Source: a virus
Lineage: Duplodnaviria > Caudoviricetes
DNA length: 64,000 bases
IMG/VR virus record: IMGVR_UViG_3300005670_000019
Strand: one strand, 5' to 3'
Shown piece by piece: positions 28,482 to 39,252 of the stretch. The notes under the pieces are model-generated. The model saw nothing but the letters and a program-made list of their open reading frames with translations, searched no databases and was not told the origin of the DNA. The position numbers and the translations under genes are program-made. The first letter of the stretch is position 1. Each line of letters opens with the position of its first letter.

Positions 28482-29220
28482 CGTCTTCAATCGTTTTCTT
28501 TGCTGTCTTATAATGTTTTTTCAAGTTGCTCAAAACCACAGAAAGTTGTTTTGGAGTTAGATTGGTGATCTCTCTAATGTAAAGAAGGATAGCTCTCTTT
28601 GAGACAAGATCAAGATCATCAAGTTGGTCAAGAACGATCTTGATTGCTCGAACTGTTTCCTTTTCGTTTTCTGTTGTCGAAAGACTTTCAATTTCTTTGA
28701 TGAGATTTCTTACGTTTTCACGCAAGTTCTTTTGTTCCAACATGTCTTCCCAAGTTGGAACAATTGAATAGTTCTCAATCGTCTCCATGTCATGATTTGA
28801 GATTCCATCTTGGTTATCAATAGAAATATACCTTTGAACATTTTTGACATTTTGCTTTGAGCGAATCGTTAGGTAGCGTTTTGCAACAACGTTGAAATAG
28901 GAAAATGCTTTTGAGTTTTTTGCAGAATTAAACTTGAGAATAGCTCCATAAAGGAACTCCACACATTCACTCTTCAAATCTTTTTTTGTTTCGTGAATGA
29001 CATTGAAACCATAGACGTTTATCAAATTTTCAACAAGGGCATCAAAAGCTGGAAAAATTTCTTTTTCATAGATTTTGTGCCTCTCTTCTTTTGTCGTCGC
29101 TTTTTGATATTTTATGATCGACTCCTGTGTTTGAGCCGTAAAATAGTTCTTTGATTTGCCCGGCTTTCGCTTTATCAGACGTCGACCTTCAATACGTTGA
29201 ACACCTTTTGTTTCCATCAT
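28474..29220 (-). CDS. Phage RNA polymerase sigma factor (gp55-like late sigma)
   Basis: KNYFT N-terminus; DLKSECVEFLYGAILKFN..KAFSYFNVVAKRYL resembles sigma region 2 (cf. gp55-family xFxYF motif). Confidence 0.7.
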   Translation of the reverse strand: MMETKGVQRIEGRRLIKRKPGKSKNYFTAQTQESIIKYQKATTKEERHKIYEKEIFPAFDALVENLINVYGFNVIHETKKDLKSECVEFLYGAILKFNSAKNSKAFSYFNVVAKRYLTIRSKQNVKNVQRYISIDNQDGISNHDMETIENYSIVPTWEDMLEQKNLRENVRNLIKEIESLSTTENEKETVRAIKIVLDQLDDLDLVSKRAILLYIREITNLTPKQLSVVLSNLKKHYKTAKKTIEDAI

Positions 29221-29627
29221 TTCCATCTTTCATTCAGTTTTTCAAGGTCTGCTTCTGACAATCTACGTGTTGTTCTCTTGTATCTTGCAATCGTTTTTAG
29301 AGCCTGGTCTATTTCATCAACCTCTTCGACAACATACTTTTCTTTAGAGAATTCAACAAATCTCTCAATCAATCTGCTTACTGAAACCTTTGCCATCGTA
29401 ACATCATCTTTAGCTTCTACGACTGCCGCTTGAAGTTCTTGGTTGTCGAAATAAAGTTTCAAAGCAAGGAAACCTTCAAGACTTTGTTCAACATTTTCAA
29501 ATGCGTCGATTGTTTGAGAGAGTTCATCTTCTAAAACCATGATAATTTTAGCTAACTGCATGTATTTTACAATCATCACAGTCAAAGCCAAAACAAGCAA
29601 CGCAGTTAGAATTCCAAAAAAATACAT
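29217..29627 (-). CDS. Membrane-anchored coiled-coil protein (136 aa)
   Basis: N-terminal hydrophobic helix, then heptad-rich region; GAGG RBS. Confidence 0.65.
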   Translation of the reverse strand: MYFFGILTALLVLALTVMIVKYMQLAKIIMVLEDELSQTIDAFENVEQSLEGFLALKLYFDNQELQAAVVEAKDDVTMAKVSVSRLIERFVEFSKEKYVVEEVDEIDQALKTIARYKRTTRRLSEADLEKLNERWK

Positions 29628-29633
29628 AAGACC

Positions 29634-30797
29634 TCAAAGATATGTAGAAAGAACCTCATCGTATTTCTTTGAAACACTTTCAAACGAATATCTTTCTTGA
29701 ACTTCGGACATTTGTTTCTTGGCAGCTTCGACAGGAATCTTTGAGTTCTCGTAGAACTTCAAAAGACGTTTCTTTGCACTTTCCTCTTTGACAACTGCCC
29801 ATTTTCCTTCTGGATGAAACAAAGACTTGACGCTGTCTGCTGGTGTTGTTGGTTTCAGGTCGTAATCAACGGAAAGAAATCCAGGAGTTTTCAGAAACTC
29901 CGTGTGAGCTGACCAGTTGGTTGCAATGACAGGAAGTCCACATGCTGCTGCCTCAAGCATTGGAAGTCCGAAACCCTCTCCTTTGGTGAAAGAGAACAAT
30001 GCCTTGATTTTTGGATTTTTGTACAGACCCGCAACTTCTTTATTTGTCATTGTTCCATGAAGAAGATAAACTTTTGGATTTTGTGTAAGTTTGGACTCCA
30101 TCAAAATTTGAGAAAGGATGTGTTGAGAAACTCGTTTATCAATTGTTGAGTTTCTTCCCATGTTGGTCTTTACAACCAACCCAACATCATCTCTATCTTT
30201 GAAAACCTCACAGAACCACCTGATTGCGTAAAAGGTATTCTTTCGATCTGTATCTGGATTTCCTGTAATCTGTCCAAAGAGAAGGAAGTTGAAAGGAGTA
30301 GACAGTTCAAGATGTAATGGCTCTGCCGATACACATTCATCTAAAAAGCTCTCGGGGATGACGACAATCTTGTTGGCAAGTGAAGGATCAATCGCAAGAA
30401 AGGCGCGGCGAGAGAACTCACTTGGAACAACAACCAATGACATTTTGTGAACATGAGGAATCCACGAAGGGTTTACCTTATCTGCTTCGATTCCTGCCGT
30501 TATTCCAATGTTTACTTCACCAAGATTTTCATCCCATTCATTTGGAAGTTGAACTTGAAGAGTTAGTGAGTATTTTGGAAGTTGTTTTTTTGAAGCTTCA
30601 ATAACTTTTCCAATCAACCCATTTTCTCCATCACCATTCAAAAGCCATGGTGTGTTACCCCAAGGAAGTGGTTGACAGAAAACAGATTGCTCTGGAAACT
30701 TGTTAAAAGCCCAGCGTGCAACTTGTCGTGCATGAACACCATAACCGGAATTAGTTAGAAATGGTCCACGAAGAAGAACAGTTTTTTCACTTGTCAT
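29634..30797 (-). CDS. Glycosyltransferase, GT4/GT-B family
   Basis: SGYGVHAR; KGEGFGLPMLEAAACGLPVIATNWS. Confidence 0.9.
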   Translation of the reverse strand: MTSEKTVLLRGPFLTNSGYGVHARQVARWAFNKFPEQSVFCQPLPWGNTPWLLNGDGENGLIGKVIEASKKQLPKYSLTLQVQLPNEWDENLGEVNIGITAGIEADKVNPSWIPHVHKMSLVVVPSEFSRRAFLAIDPSLANKIVVIPESFLDECVSAEPLHLELSTPFNFLLFGQITGNPDTDRKNTFYAIRWFCEVFKDRDDVGLVVKTNMGRNSTIDKRVSQHILSQILMESKLTQNPKVYLLHGTMTNKEVAGLYKNPKIKALFSFTKGEGFGLPMLEAAACGLPVIATNWSAHTEFLKTPGFLSVDYDLKPTTPADSVKSLFHPEGKWAVVKEESAKKRLLKFYENSKIPVEAAKKQMSEVQERYSFESVSKKYDEVLSTYL

Positions 30798-32283
30798 TTG
30801 TCAACACACTTTCTTTCTTTTGTCTCTTTTTGACGTTCATTGTCTTTTTCAATTCACTCATTTTTTTCATAACTTCTTCTTGAAGTTTTTGATTTTCATT
30901 CAAAGCCGCGGGTGGCTGTTCGACTCTTCTAACTGGAGTATCGATGGATTGCAAAGTCCAGATGCCGACTTGTTCTTTCGAATTATGTCGGAACTTCTCA
31001 ATGGTTGAAGAAAGTGTTGCATCCCAATCTGCGATGACTTTTTCAAAGTTGAATTCATGATCAACATAATCGATCATTTGGGCTTTTAGTGTTAACTTCT
31101 CTTCTGGTGTGAAGTTGTACACCTTGATGAACGCATCACGAAGTTGCTCATGAGTGAAAAAGTCTTCATAGATATATGGAACAAGTTGAGAACCAATCAA
31201 TGAACGAACAGCAGGTTGAATAGCGACTCCATTTTCTTTTCCGGTTCTGTAGTCAATAACTTGACGCGTGATTCCTCCGGTGCAAAGTCCTATGATGGGC
31301 TTCCCGACCTGCATTGAAATCAATGTGGAAAGACCAAAGCCTTCATTCTTGGAAACATTCACGGTTGTATCAACAATGTTATGAAGAATGTTCATCTTTT
31401 CAAAATCAAGTTGAACAGTTGAAAACCAAACATTGTTCTGCAATCCAAGAAGCTCAGCGTTTGCCAAAAGATTTGGACCGGCTTCATCATAAGGATTTGT
31501 GTGCATGATCAATGCAGCTTTTCGATGACCTTCTGTCTTTTCAAGATGATCAAGAAAGAGCTTCCATGAAGTGAGCACATCTCCAGGCATCTTTCTTGAT
31601 GCATTTCGATTTACCCACAAGGCAAAAAACCAATCGCTCTTATCTCCGAAATTCTCTTTGCGTAACTTGACAATATCTGCATCAGGAAGTGGTCGATAGA
31701 TTTCTTTTGGAAATGCGTGTGGAATATAGTTTGTCTTTTCAGGAAAGTTTGGCTTCACAAGTTCATATGTTTTATAAGCCAAACAGTTGATCAAATCTGT
31801 TCCTTCATAGAAAGGACTGTTGAATGCTGGGAAAGGATCATTATCCCAAACGTGCCAGTAAACAATAGGACAAACCTGACGGACTTCATCTTCAATTTCC
31901 CACAACCAGATAAACTGACGTGGGTCCGTGAAAATAAAGATTGCATCCGGCTTCTCGATTGCAAGAAGGTCACGAATCATTCTTTGATCACCGAAACCAT
32001 TGATTGGCTTCACAATAAAATCTGGATTGACAACAACTGTATCATAGTTGTCATGCTTCATCGCGCCACCAAGACAACGAAATGAAAACTTTCCGGTTTT
32101 GATCAATCCTTCAATTAGAAAACGCGCCTGAACACCGACACCTGACGGAGCTAGTGGGTGATCTGACAACATCAAAATTTTATACTTTTTTGAAGGTGTC
32201 TTCATAAAGAGATCATCGTCATCATCGGTTTCTGGTCCATTAGGACCCAAAAGTGCTGGGTCAACTGTCAATAGGTCTGCCAT
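30787..32283 (-). CDS. Glycosyltransferase, GT4/GT-B family
   Basis: SDHP..PSGVGVQ; NRNASRK; NEGFGLSTLISMQVGKPII. Confidence 0.9.
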   Translation of the reverse strand: MADLLTVDPALLGPNGPETDDDDDLFMKTPSKKYKILMLSDHPLAPSGVGVQARFLIEGLIKTGKFSFRCLGGAMKHDNYDTVVVNPDFIVKPINGFGDQRMIRDLLAIEKPDAIFIFTDPRQFIWLWEIEDEVRQVCPIVYWHVWDNDPFPAFNSPFYEGTDLINCLAYKTYELVKPNFPEKTNYIPHAFPKEIYRPLPDADIVKLRKENFGDKSDWFFALWVNRNASRKMPGDVLTSWKLFLDHLEKTEGHRKAALIMHTNPYDEAGPNLLANAELLGLQNNVWFSTVQLDFEKMNILHNIVDTTVNVSKNEGFGLSTLISMQVGKPIIGLCTGGITRQVIDYRTGKENGVAIQPAVRSLIGSQLVPYIYEDFFTHEQLRDAFIKVYNFTPEEKLTLKAQMIDYVDHEFNFEKVIADWDATLSSTIEKFRHNSKEQVGIWTLQSIDTPVRRVEQPPAALNENQKLQEEVMKKMSELKKTMNVKKRQKKESVLTNDK

Positions 32284-32332
32284 TACAATCCTTTTCTATC
32301 TCATATTAGTGCCAGAACTGATTGATGTATCT

Positions 32333-33322
32333 TCACATGTTCAATTCACGATCAAAGTCTTCTTCATACATTATCTTGACTAGTTCTTTGAACGTAACTG
32401 TCGGTGTCCACCCAAGCTTCTCTCTTGCTTTTGTGGCATCACCAAGAAGAAGAGGAACTTCATGTGGTCGAAAAAGTCTTTCGTCAATCATAAGATGTTT
32501 CTCAACATTTAGTCCTGCAAGAGAGAATGTTTCTTCAAGAAATTCTCTAACTGTGTGAGTTTCGCCTGTTGCAATGACATAATCATCAGGTTCAGGCTGT
32601 TGAAGCATTAGCCACATTGCACGAGTGTAATCGTCAGCAAGACCCCAATCTCTTTTGGCATCCAAATTACCAAGTTTCAAAATCTCTTGTTTGCCAAGTT
32701 TGATTCTGGCAGCAGCCATTGTGATTTTTCTTGTTACAAAAGTCTCACCTCTTACTGGACTTTCATGATTGAACAAAATCCCACAACTGATATGAAGTCC
32801 GTATGCTTCACGATAGTTTCTGCAAAGATTATGAGCATAAAGTTTTGCACAAGCGTAAGGAGACGCTGGCATCATCTTTGTTTCTTCGTTTTGTGGAGCT
32901 TCTGGATTATCTCCATACATCTCACTGCTTGAAGCTTGATAAAATCTGGCGTGAGGAACAATTTGACGATATGCTTCCAAGAGCTTGAGTGTACCTCCGG
33001 CAACAACATCCAGAGTTTCTTCGGGAACTTCAAAAGAAACTCTTACATGAGATTGCGCTGCTAGATTGTAGATTTCATTTGGTTGATACTTCTGCAAGAG
33101 TCGATACAGACATGAACTGTCTGTCATGTTTCCGTATTCCAACTTGAAGTTCGGATGAAAGAAAACGTCACTATCTTCATCAAGTCTATCAGTGTTGATG
33201 AGAGAAGTTCTTCTCTTCATTCCAACAACTGTATAACCTTTTTCAAGAAGTTGCTTTGCTAAAATAGAACCATCCTGACCTGTTACACCTGTAATAAAGG
33301 CTGTTTTACCAATGTCAGTCAT
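32333..33322 (-). CDS. gmd: GDP-mannose 4,6-dehydratase
   Basis: [59 protein letters not shown]. Confidence 0.97.
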   Translation of the reverse strand: MTDIGKTAFITGVTGQDGSILAKQLLEKGYTVVGMKRRTSLINTDRLDEDSDVFFHPNFKLEYGNMTDSSCLYRLLQKYQPNEIYNLAAQSHVRVSFEVPEETLDVVAGGTLKLLEAYRQIVPHARFYQASSSEMYGDNPEAPQNEETKMMPASPYACAKLYAHNLCRNYREAYGLHISCGILFNHESPVRGETFVTRKITMAAARIKLGKQEILKLGNLDAKRDWGLADDYTRAMWLMLQQPEPDDYVIATGETHTVREFLEETFSLAGLNVEKHLMIDERLFRPHEVPLLLGDATKAREKLGWTPTVTFKELVKIMYEEDFDRELNM

Positions 33323-34260
33323 TTCATTCCTCTTATTCTTTCTTTTCTTTCATTCAGAAACCAGTTCCAAGTCTCGGTCAATCCCTTTTTCAAAGGGGTG
33401 AAATCTTCTTGATCCCAATGCAAGAAGGTTAGGTCAACTTTTGTCGGTTTCTTTTGTTGACCATCTGGTTTCATCAAATCCCATTGAATTGTATCCGGAT
33501 CAACGTCGGCTATTTCACACATCAAATTTACAACATCAACAATCTGATAGTTTGTAGGATTTCCAATATTCAAAGGTTCTTCCTTGTCATAAAGGATCAA
33601 TGCCTTCATGATGATTTTGCAAATGTCTGTAGAATAAGTGAACTCCCTTTCAGGTTTTCCTGTGCCCCACATTACAATCGGTGTTCCATTTTCTTTGAAA
33701 TCAGCAAACTTTCGAATGAGAGCTGGAATGAAGTGACTAGTTTCCAAGTCAAAGTTGTCATTCGGTCCATAAAGATTGTTTGGAACTAGCGTCACAAAAG
33801 CCGTTCTTCCAAGTTTTTGATTTAGGGCACGTCCATATACATCAATCATGCGCTTCGCGTAGGCATATCCGAAGTTTGAAGGATGCGGAGGTCCATCATG
33901 AAGTTTCTCTGCCTCTATGGGATATTCTATTTTGTCTGGATAGATACAGGAGGATAGTAGAGACACTGTTTTCTCACAATCGAACTTGGCAGCAGTTCCA
34001 AGAACATTTAGAGCCATTTGAACATTTTGTTCAAAGAACTCTGCCTGGTTTTCCATATTGTCTTTCAACCCTCCAACGCGAGCCGCCAGGTGAATAACAT
34101 GAGTTGGTTTGTAAACAGAAAAAGCCCTCTCAACATCTTCTTTATTCAAGAAGTCAACTTCTTGTCTAGTGGGAAAAAAGACCTTTTCATTTTTCAGAAC
34201 TTGCCGAAGAGAACGACCAACCATTCCCCATCCACCTGTTACAAGAATTCTTCTTTTCAT
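33319..34260 (-). CDS. fcl: GDP-L-fucose synthase (epimerase/reductase)
   Basis: [55 protein letters not shown]. Confidence 0.93.
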   Translation of the reverse strand: MKRRILVTGGWGMVGRSLRQVLKNEKVFFPTRQEVDFLNKEDVERAFSVYKPTHVIHLAARVGGLKDNMENQAEFFEQNVQMALNVLGTAAKFDCEKTVSLLSSCIYPDKIEYPIEAEKLHDGPPHPSNFGYAYAKRMIDVYGRALNQKLGRTAFVTLVPNNLYGPNDNFDLETSHFIPALIRKFADFKENGTPIVMWGTGKPEREFTYSTDICKIIMKALILYDKEEPLNIGNPTNYQIVDVVNLMCEIADVDPDTIQWDLMKPDGQQKKPTKVDLTFLHWDQEDFTPLKKGLTETWNWFLNERKERIRGMK

Positions 34261-34262
34261 GT

Positions 34263-35420
34263 TCAACCTTTGTAAGAGTTTACAACAGAAACGATATGTT
34301 CTCTGTCTTCATCTGTAAGCCACCATCCAACAGGAATACAAAGATGAGTTTCGTCAAACAATCCAACAAACTCTAAATCATCTTTTTTGAACATGGAAAA
34401 ACATGTGTATTGATCATTTCGAACATGAACAACATCCGAAGCAATCCCATTTTCTTGAAGATATGTTTGAAACTTTCTTCTATCTGAAGAATTATTCAAG
34501 AAAATCGTGTAAAGCCACCAAGAAGGTTCAGACACCAACGTGTTTACTTTTGTTTTGCCAATCAAAGGATTGTTGATGTACATGTCAAAGTAGGCAGCAT
34601 TCATCTTATGCTTCCTAATAATGTCTTGAAGATATGGCAATTGAAGTAGACCAATAGTGGCGTTGGTGTCATTCATATGATATTTGAAGCCAGCTTCACA
34701 GATATTTTGACTCCACTTGGAACCTTCATACTCACGGCTCAATCCAAACCATCGAAGTTTGCGCGCACGCCGAGCCCACGAAGGACCTTCACTGTCTTTA
34801 TTGAAAGGACAAAAAGCAACGGCACCACCATCACCTGTTGTTAGATGTTTGATTGCCTGAAACGAGAAACACGTTATTGTTCCATGATTGTCAAAACAAT
34901 CTTCTCCAACAAGAACTTTCTTCTCTGTCCATTTTGCACCCAAGGCATGTGCTGCATCAATTACCAAATAGATTCTTCTTTTTTGAAGAAACTCAAGGAT
35001 TGATGGGTCAAAAGGAATGCCGCCCCACATAACAGCAACAACTGCTTTTGTTTTATCCGTAACCAAACGCTTTACGGAATCCAAGGCAATGTTACCTGTG
35101 GCTGGATTGATGTCTGCCCAAACAATTTTGGCACCTCGATGAACTAGTGGCTCATTTGTAGCAGCACAAGTCATCGGGGATGAAATCACTTCATCACCCT
35201 TACCAATATTCAAACAAGCATAAGCAAGATCAAGTGCTGATGTTCCAGAGTTTGTTAGGACCACATTTTCGTTCTTGATGAACTTTCCAAACTCTTGTTC
35301 AAACTTTGTTGCAACAGGTCCCTCGGACACCATTCCACTATCCCAAACTTTTTGTATAGCTTCTCCGATTCCTTCGGGTTTATGTACTTTGAAAAGCGGG
35401 ATTGTTTTTTCGATTGTCAT
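34263..35420 (-). CDS. DegT/DnrJ/EryC1/StrS PLP-dependent sugar aminotransferase
   Basis: NSGTSAL, IDAAHALGA, FSFQAIKHLTTGDGG, GFKYHMND. Confidence 0.93.
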   Translation of the reverse strand: MTIEKTIPLFKVHKPEGIGEAIQKVWDSGMVSEGPVATKFEQEFGKFIKNENVVLTNSGTSALDLAYACLNIGKGDEVISSPMTCAATNEPLVHRGAKIVWADINPATGNIALDSVKRLVTDKTKAVVAVMWGGIPFDPSILEFLQKRRIYLVIDAAHALGAKWTEKKVLVGEDCFDNHGTITCFSFQAIKHLTTGDGGAVAFCPFNKDSEGPSWARRARKLRWFGLSREYEGSKWSQNICEAGFKYHMNDTNATIGLLQLPYLQDIIRKHKMNAAYFDMYINNPLIGKTKVNTLVSEPSWWLYTIFLNNSSDRRKFQTYLQENGIASDVVHVRNDQYTCFSMFKKDDLEFVGLFDETHLCIPVGWWLTDEDREHIVSVVNSYKG

Positions 35421-36373
35421 CTTTTTGTTTTCTCCATGTATGATTTTATCATCTCATCGAGAGAACTTTCAAGCTTTCGCTGCTGTTTCCATCCAAGCTT
35501 CTTTGTTTTTGAATATTCAAGGGCATAACGGACGTCGGCACCAGAACGATCACTTGACATATCAGCTACGTTTTCAAATGTTGTTCCAAATTTTTGCGCA
35601 ATCATTGAGACGATTTCTTTTACAGAATATTCTTCATCTGATGCAATGTGATATGAAGTGTTTCTCTTTCCCTTTTCTATGATCTTGAGGATAGCTTCAA
35701 CATTATCTTCAACATGAATCCAGTTTCTTACATAAGAACCTGAACCATGGACAGGGACCTTTTTACCTAAAATCATGTTTGTAATGGCGCGTGGTATCAA
35801 CTTTTCGCTATGTTGACGAGCGCCATAATTGTTGGTCGTTCTTGTGATGATATATGGAATTCCATATGTTCTTCCCCAAGCAACAACGAGTTGTTCTGCT
35901 GCTGATTTTGAAGCTGAATATGGGTTGCTTGGTTTGTGGCGATCGTTCTCACGAAACCCAACACCCTTTTCCTTGTCTCCAAAGACTTCATCCGTACTGA
36001 TCTGAATGAAAAGGGGATAGGCGTGCTCCCAGCCTTTCTCCATATTCTCGACTTTTTTGTTCTTGAGCAACTCAAGTAGATTATGGACGCCTTCAATGTT
36101 GCTTTTCAAAAATGGATCGGAGGTTGTGATTGAGTTGTCAACGTGACTTTCTGCTGCAAAATTTACCAAGAAATCACATCGAGGAAGCGAAGTCAATTCG
36201 CTAATATCAGCTTCAATAAACTTGTAGTCGCCTTCAAACTCAAGATTTCTATTTGCTGCATAAGTCAATTTGTCAATATTGACAACTGAGTGTCCTTGTG
36301 AAAGGACTTTCTCAATGAAGTGACTTCCAATAAACCCACAACCGCCAGTAACCAAAAATGTTTTCTTGTTCAT
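35417..36373 (-). CDS. rfbB: dTDP-glucose 4,6-dehydratase
   Basis: TGGCGFIGS, DKLTYA, NFAAESHVD, ISTDEVFG, PYSASKS, NNYG.RQH.EKLIP. Confidence 0.93.
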   Translation of the reverse strand: MNKKTFLVTGGCGFIGSHFIEKVLSQGHSVVNIDKLTYAANRNLEFEGDYKFIEADISELTSLPRCDFLVNFAAESHVDNSITTSDPFLKSNIEGVHNLLELLKNKKVENMEKGWEHAYPLFIQISTDEVFGDKEKGVGFRENDRHKPSNPYSASKSAAEQLVVAWGRTYGIPYIITRTTNNYGARQHSEKLIPRAITNMILGKKVPVHGSGSYVRNWIHVEDNVEAILKIIEKGKRNTSYHIASDEEYSVKEIVSMIAQKFGTTFENVADMSSDRSGADVRYALEYSKTKKLGWKQQRKLESSLDEMIKSYMEKTKR

Positions 36374-36864
36374 AATCTTTTTTCCATGAAAATCTCTTCA
36401 AAAGTTTCTCCATCTTTTCTTGTATGAAAACCACGAGAAATTTCTACGAAGCCGAGATCCATGTATAGGTTATGAGCAATATGATTTTTTGAAAAAACTT
36501 TCAACGAGGCTTTTGAAAAATTGTTCAATTTCAAAAACTCAAAAAACAAACGATAAAAAGGTTTGGACAATTTCCTTCCTTGAAACATTGGGGATATGTC
36601 CATTCCAATCATAATAGTTTTTTCAATTTGATTGGAAGTTCTAAAATATCCAATTGAATGTCCATTTAGTTCGGCAATAAAAAAAGAAGGGCTTTCTCTA
36701 TCAAACCAACTGAACGTTTCCTCAAGACTAAAAAAGGTGTTGTCATGCAAATTCTGACGAACTAAATTCCGCACCTCATTGTAAAATGAAACATCGTCAG
36801 ACGTCATTTTTCTAATTGCGAAAGATCCAGATTGGATGCTGTCAATGGTGAATAAAGAAGTCAT
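36370..36864 (-). CDS. GNAT-family N-acetyltransferase (probable NDP-aminosugar acetylase)
   Basis: IGMDISPMFQGRKL, LKVFSKNHIAHNLYMDLGF; likely start ATG 36864. Confidence 0.8.
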   Translation of the reverse strand: MTSLFTIDSIQSGSFAIRKMTSDDVSFYNEVRNLVRQNLHDNTFFSLEETFSWFDRESPSFFIAELNGHSIGYFRTSNQIEKTIMIGMDISPMFQGRKLSKPFYRLFFEFLKLNNFSKASLKVFSKNHIAHNLYMDLGFVEISRGFHTRKDGETFEEIFMEKRL

Positions 36865-37600
36865 TTCTATACAGTGAGGTAAATCTAAATCCGGCGTGCC
36901 ACAGCTCGGTCGGAAATCCAACTTCACCGTAGTCTATTCCATCTATTTGATGCTCATACTTTACTGTTTGATTTCCTTTGTGAAACACCCCAATCGCTTC
37001 TTCGATTCGGCACAGTCGCATTTTTGTGGTAAAGTAAAAGCCGCCGTCGGTCCAATACTCACATTCTCTCATTTTTTTTCGAGCATTGCCCCGTGATGCT
37101 GTAGTTTTGTATTCGGCTATTACAGAAGTGGAGCCGGTTAGAGTAAATTCTCCAACGTAAATTATGTCTGGTGTTAGTTTGACCTTAGCAGCGTCGAACC
37201 AATCAATCTCATTTGAATAGAAATCTTCTTCAAAATGGGCAACATGAACATCATTTGAGAAGTTGCCAACAAACTCTTTCCACAAAGTCCAAAGTGCAGC
37301 GATTGTGCCACCCCAATTGTACATAAACAACATTTGAAGATCATTTGGAATGTGGCAGTCTCGAAACAGTTTGGTCAAGTCCTGTTCATAATCATCTAAA
37401 TTATCAACAGAACAAACAATGACAGGAAGGACTTTCAAACCTTGTTTTCTTAGTTTTGAGATTTGTTTGAGATGTCCAACAATATTTTTTGTTTTGTTTC
37501 TACTCAGATAGTAACAAACAGAATAGATCAAGTCATATTCTTCATTGAAGTTGGCAAAACCTCCATTCCATTTATTCTCAATAAAATAGAGACTTCTCAT
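36842..37600 (-). CDS. Glycosyltransferase-like protein (GT-A-like)
   Basis: YNWGGTIAA and VAHFEEDF (DxD-like) motifs; cluster context. Confidence 0.45.
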   Translation of the reverse strand: MRSLYFIENKWNGGFANFNEEYDLIYSVCYYLSRNKTKNIVGHLKQISKLRKQGLKVLPVIVCSVDNLDDYEQDLTKLFRDCHIPNDLQMLFMYNWGGTIAALWTLWKEFVGNFSNDVHVAHFEEDFYSNEIDWFDAAKVKLTPDIIYVGEFTLTGSTSVIAEYKTTASRGNARKKMRECEYWTDGGFYFTTKMRLCRIEEAIGVFHKGNQTVKYEHQIDGIDYGEVGFPTELWHAGFRFTSLYRNDFFIHH

Positions 37601-37604
37601 GAAA

Positions 37605-38024
37605 CTAAATATTTGATTTTATCAAATCATCCCAGGAAACATATTTGATTGTATCTGGATTGTTCGGATGCCATGCTTTTGAGGGACAATTAACGATTGT
37701 ACCAATGGAGCTTCCACGAGAAACAAATCTTACAGGAATGTTCTCTTCCAAAATCAACGTACTGTATTCTTGGGGACGTTCTTCATCATGAAGGTTGTAT
37801 GTGCAAACAACTCCATTTACCAAAACCTCAATGTCAACAGTTCCAGTGATTGCAGTCACAAAATACTTTCTTTCTTTGTGAAGAATTGGACCTTTGACTG
37901 TATTTGGAAGCATAGTTGTCACATACACCATTTTCGGGTCGTAATCTGGATGTTCCCAGTCTTTGAAGACAGGCATCATATCACCTTCTGGCGTTGAGAT
38001 TTTCTTAGTTGAGAAGTATTTCAT
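37605..38024 (-). CDS. RmlC-like cupin (NDP-sugar epimerase or 3,4-ketoisomerase)
   Basis: G.MMPVF..MVYVTTMLPNTVKGPILH cupin pattern; cluster context. Confidence 0.7.
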   Translation of the reverse strand: MKYFSTKKISTPEGDMMPVFKDWEHPDYDPKMVYVTTMLPNTVKGPILHKERKYFVTAITGTVDIEVLVNGVVCTYNLHDEERPQEYSTLILEENIPVRFVSRGSSIGTIVNCPSKAWHPNNPDTIKYVSWDDLIKSNI

Positions 38025-38608
38025 AATCTGACAATAGACATTCCAGGGAAACGTTCATCAATAACCGTGTAGGGAATTGTTGTTTCACAAATTGGTTTCT
38101 TGTTGTATTTGACCATCCACTCGATTTGATCTCGCTCAGGAGTTCCTCCTTCAAAAACCATTAGAGCTCCCTTTGTTTGAGGGCGGTCCTTCAACATGTC
38201 ATACAACTTTTGAAGTTTGTCTCCATCATTTGAAATATCAACATGAAGCAAATCAAACGGATCAGGATTTGCTGCCCAATCAAAGATGTCAAGTTCTCCA
38301 AGAGTAATCCAGTCACCTAAATTGTTTTCCAAAATTCGATTTGAAACGGTTGCAAAATCTCCATGTTTGTGTTCATAGTTTTCCCAAAGGTCATATCCAT
38401 AAACATGACCGCGGTTATTTAAAACAGAAACAGCTTTCCCTAACCAAAGTGTTGAGTACCCGTTCAGAACTCCAAACTCAATAACGATTTTTGGTTTCTC
38501 TTGGAGAACAAGAGAAGCAAGTTTCTTTCCCATTTCATTTTGCGTATATGAGGATTCTAGGTGACGAAAAGGATCTGGTTCAATAAGATATGAATTATAA
38601 TTTGCCAT
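38021..38608 (-). CDS. Class I SAM-dependent methyltransferase (probable sugar O-methyltransferase)
   Basis: KPKIVIEFGVLNGYST, YGYDLW, FDLLHVD. Confidence 0.85.
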   Translation of the reverse strand: MANYNSYLIEPDPFRHLESSYTQNEMGKKLASLVLQEKPKIVIEFGVLNGYSTLWLGKAVSVLNNRGHVYGYDLWENYEHKHGDFATVSNRILENNLGDWITLGELDIFDWAANPDPFDLLHVDISNDGDKLQKLYDMLKDRPQTKGALMVFEGGTPERDQIEWMVKYNKKPICETTIPYTVIDERFPGMSIVRL

Positions 38609-39252
38609 CAAACTTCTCTTGTAACATTAGCAAAACTGTCATGCCAAAAACATGAAACCTTATCAACAACCTTCAAAGACTTATTCTTTGTTTTGATAAA
38701 GTGAAAAAGGTGATCTTCAATTGAAACCTTGTAATCAACCATGGGCTGCAAATTTTCCTCAGACAAATATTCACAAAAATCATCTGTCTTCATAGAAAAC
38801 AATCCAGTAAAAAATTGATTTTTGTTTGCCAAAGAAAATATGTTGTCCGGGTGTTCTCTGAACTTCTTGAAGAAGGTGTCGTCTTTCAGAGTCAGTCTTG
38901 GCTCAAAATGAATGATGTAATCGTAATCTTGAAGCAAACCCGAATTCTTCAAAAGAAGATAGTTTTCAACAATACCGGCACCCTTATTTTTTGAACCAAA
39001 AACATTGCTCTCTGTTGGAATAAAAAACCAATCATCTTTCCAGAGACTCAGAATTTCTGGTGGAATTTCATCCTTGTCCTTGACGGTATTTTCAATTAAC
39101 AAAACGGAAAACTCATCATTGGGGAGAGTTTCACAGACTTCTTTGAGTGCTTCAAACCCGTCGAGGAATTCTTGTTTCCTTTGTTTTCCCTGAGAATGGT
39201 ACGGATTATTTGGTGGATTGAGAGTGAATAAACAAGTTATTAGGGTTCTCAT
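38608..39252 (-). CDS. Glycosyltransferase-like hypothetical protein
   Basis: LIENT..NKGAG..YDYIIHFEPR pattern; cluster context. Confidence 0.45.
   Translation of the reverse strand: MRTLITCLFTLNPPNNPYHSQGKQRKQEFLDGFEALKEVCETLPNDEFSVLLIENTVKDKDEIPPEILSLWKDDWFFIPTESNVFGSKNKGAGIVENYLLLKNSGLLQDYDYIIHFEPRLTLKDDTFFKKFREHPDNIFSLANKNQFFTGLFSMKTDDFCEYLSEENLQPMVDYKVSIEDHLFHFIKTKNKSLKVVDKVSCFWHDSFANVTREV

Noticed and set aside
37605-37612. ATATTTAG late-promoter motif before ATG 37600
   Set aside because: It coincides with the last codons and TAG stop of the upstream gene, so it may be chance. Not counted.
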